Assembly (NCBI RefSeq): GCF_000281045.1
Contig: NW_008246113.1
Location: 301,623-321,622, forward strand
Direction: 5' to 3'
Source of the DNA: Saprolegnia diclina VS20
Lineage: Eukaryota
DNA: 20,000 bases
In this document: positions 18,079 to 20,000 of the stretch, one piece after another
How positions within the stretch are numbered: the stretch's first letter is position 1
Layout: each line of letters begins with the position of its first letter
Program-made: the position numbers and the translations under genes
Notes under the pieces: model-generated
Told to the model about the DNA's origin: nothing
Seen by the model: the letters and a program-made list of their open reading frames with translations, nothing else
Database searches by the model: none

Positions 18079-18957
18079 CTCCACTTCATGGAAAACATTT
18101 TCGGCTTCCCGTTTGAGCTCACGGTTGCGATCTACGGCGTGATCTTGGACGTCTACCTCTGCCTCGGCGCGTTCATCATTTTGAGTCTCTGGATGCTCTC
18201 GCTCCAGTACCTCGAGGTCAACAAGACCGCCGGGTACCTCCTCCCGATCGTCAAGGACGTCATGGGCGACGTGTGGGACTTTCTCATCTTCTACGGCGTC
18301 TTCCAGTGCGGCCTCACGTGCGCGTATTACTTTATCTTTCAGCAAAAGTCCGACAGCTACAAGACGCTCTGGGCCAGCTTCCGCGCGACGTACTTTGTCA
18401 TGTACGGCGAGAACGGCGTCGGTGACTTCAACGCCAAGGACGACGACACGAAGGAGCACCTGCTTCAAGGTCCGATCATGCACTTTGGCTTCATTCTGCG
18501 CATGTTCCACTGTGCGGTCATGGTCGTGCTGCTTCTCAACTTGCTGCTTGCGATGATGAACAAGACGGTCGATCGCAACTGGGCCAAGCTCCAGTCGCGG
18601 GCGCTGGCGAGCTACGCGCGCTGCGTGCTGCGCCTCGAGACGATTCTTGGACACACGGAAGCCGACCGCGATGCGATGAACCGGATCGTTTTTCAAAAGC
18701 AGTGGTTTGGCGAGCGCGCGCCGTTGATTCGCGGCAACCAGCCCGCGCTCAACCCGATCTTTGCCGAGACTGTGCCCAAGCAGAGCCTGACGCCAAGCAC
18801 CGACATCGACGATCTTGATGCGATGCAGGAAGCCAAGGTTGCGGATGCGACACTGCAGAGCGAAGCCGTCGCCAAGCAGCTGCAGGCGGCGATGGTCGAC
18901 ATTGACGCCAAGCTCGAGGCGATGCGCGCCGCCTTGCAGCAAACAACGCCTTTGTAA
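18079..18957 (+). CDS. TRP-family cation channel, 3' part (5' end lost in the gap)
   Basis: S4-S5 LQYLEVNKTAGYLLPIVKDVMGDVWDFLIFYGVFQCGLTCAYYFIF; pore helix YKTLWASFRATYFVMYGE; S6 VVLLLNLLLAMMNKTV; TRP-helix-like RALASYARCVLRLE; C-terminal coiled coil. Confidence 0.85.
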   Translation, partial: LHFMENIFGFPFELTVAIYGVILDVYLCLGAFIILSLWMLSLQYLEVNKTAGYLLPIVKDVMGDVWDFLIFYGVFQCGLTCAYYFIFQQKSDSYKTLWASFRATYFVMYGENGVGDFNAKDDDTKEHLLQGPIMHFGFILRMFHCAVMVVLLLNLLLAMMNKTVDRNWAKLQSRALASYARCVLRLETILGHTEADRDAMNRIVFQKQWFGERAPLIRGNQPALNPIFAETVPKQSLTPSTDIDDLDAMQEAKVADATLQSEAVAKQLQAAMVDIDAKLEAMRAALQQTTPL

Positions 18958-19110
18958 CGCGAGATCCTTCTCCCAACCTTGCTTCGTGGTGTTGCCACGT
19001 ATTGGCGCCATTTTGGATCACTATAAATAGCGTTTCGCTTTTGGTTGTCATTTCGGTGGTTGACTTCAGCTGCATTGATGCGATCCGCGCCAACACTACC
19101 GACAGAAGAG

Positions 19111-20000
19111 ATGGACCACACCAAGTACCACTCGTCGGTCGTCAAGCTCTCTCGTCGGTCGTCGACCAAGGCGCGTCACTTTCGCGTGCTCGAGCGTTCC
19201 GTGCGCGTCATCGATCTCTTCGTCAACGTCTACTCGATCACCGCCTTTGTGCTGACGTCATCGCTCTTTGACCTCCTCCTCATGCGCCAAGGCGTCTTCC
19301 ACGACGATGTTCTCGACGGCGTGTACGACTTTGCGCCATTGACGGCCAACGACCACATCATCTTGGATCTCATGCACAACGCGACCGAGAGCAAGTACAT
19401 GGGCACGGCGACGGCGGCGATGGCCACGCGCGCCGGCGGCAACACGTCGAGCTGGTGCTCTCGCATTCACAACACGCTTGGCGTCTCGTACCATACCGTA
19501 TACAACGGCGACGGTGTCACCCGCCGCTTCCTCCGGTACGCCCACGTCAACCTGCCCGTCAGCTGCACAGGCTGGACCGTCGCGCCAGGCGGTGCGGTCG
19601 ACGCACCGCGGTTACTTGCGGTCGACGACGCCCGACGCTCGTATGGCCATTCGTACCTCAACTGCACTGACCCGCGCTACTACTTGCCGGTGTTTGGTGC
19701 CAGTCAGAACCTCTCGAGCTTCCGGTTCCGCGCCGGGTACATCGTCGCGCAGCAGCACTACGCCGGCGCAACCTACGGTGTCGTGACGCACCTCTCGAAG
19801 TGCACGGCCATCAAACTCGACAACGATTCGACGCTCTACAAGGTCGTGCCGTTCCCAGACGGCGACACGAACGACGAAGTCAACATGCTCTTTTCGCGAA
19901 AAAACGTGCTGATGTCCTTCTTGGACATTGGCGGGCAGCTCATCGTCATCGTTGTGCTGCTCCGCGAGCTCGTTCGGTCGTCCTACTGGCTCGTGACGCA
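19111..20000 (+). CDS. Uncharacterised membrane protein, partial (runs off the window; absent from the ORF track)
   Basis: Frame open from ATG 19111 to the window end (~296 codons, GC3-rich). Reads MDHTKYHSSVVKLSRR..., TM IDLFVNVYSITAFVLTSSLFDLLL, a loop with sequons NAT/NTS/NCT/NLS/NDS and several Cys, then a second TM LMSFLDIGGQLIVIVVLL. Confidence 0.85.
   Translation, partial: MDHTKYHSSVVKLSRRSSTKARHFRVLERSVRVIDLFVNVYSITAFVLTSSLFDLLLMRQGVFHDDVLDGVYDFAPLTANDHIILDLMHNATESKYMGTATAAMATRAGGNTSSWCSRIHNTLGVSYHTVYNGDGVTRRFLRYAHVNLPVSCTGWTVAPGGAVDAPRLLAVDDARRSYGHSYLNCTDPRYYLPVFGASQNLSSFRFRAGYIVAQQHYAGATYGVVTHLSKCTAIKLDNDSTLYKVVPFPDGDTNDEVNMLFSRKNVLMSFLDIGGQLIVIVVLLRELVRSSYWLVT

Noticed and set aside
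17917..19011. 364-aa minus-strand ORF
   Set aside because: Antisense shadow of the TRP channel CDS, artificially extended through Ns.

Overview
Eukaryotic, gene-dense, high-GC3 window that looks oomycete, probably Saprolegniales. This is inferred from INR+FPR-type core promoters, ~50-nt GT-AG introns and oomycete-type ankyrin repeats. It holds an SLC34 Na+/phosphate cotransporter, a 4-exon mitochondrial enoyl-ACP/CoA reductase (MECR), a minimal RBR (RING1-IBR-RING2) E3 ligase, the 3' part of a TRP-family channel after a 100-N assembly gap, and a partial membrane-protein gene missing from the ORF track. The main result is a local cluster (9.1-17.4 kb) of paralogous small ankyrin-repeat genes. 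They share a helical N-terminal motif (VL.QPDL..LI.AYQ.G, F-box-like by eye). Four adjacent intact copies end in a C-a-a-Q prenylation motif (CVVQ, CIVQ, CILQ, CAIQ), while the frameshifted pseudogene copy has lost the Cys (RVVQ). The RBR gene sits inside this cluster. Other points: an ankyrin gene interrupted by one in-frame TGA, whose tail survives in a decayed neighbouring copy; a three-copy ~50-80 bp dispersed repeat, two copies of which are inverted around one ankyrin gene; and a ~370-nt hairpin-rich non-coding segment next to the gap.
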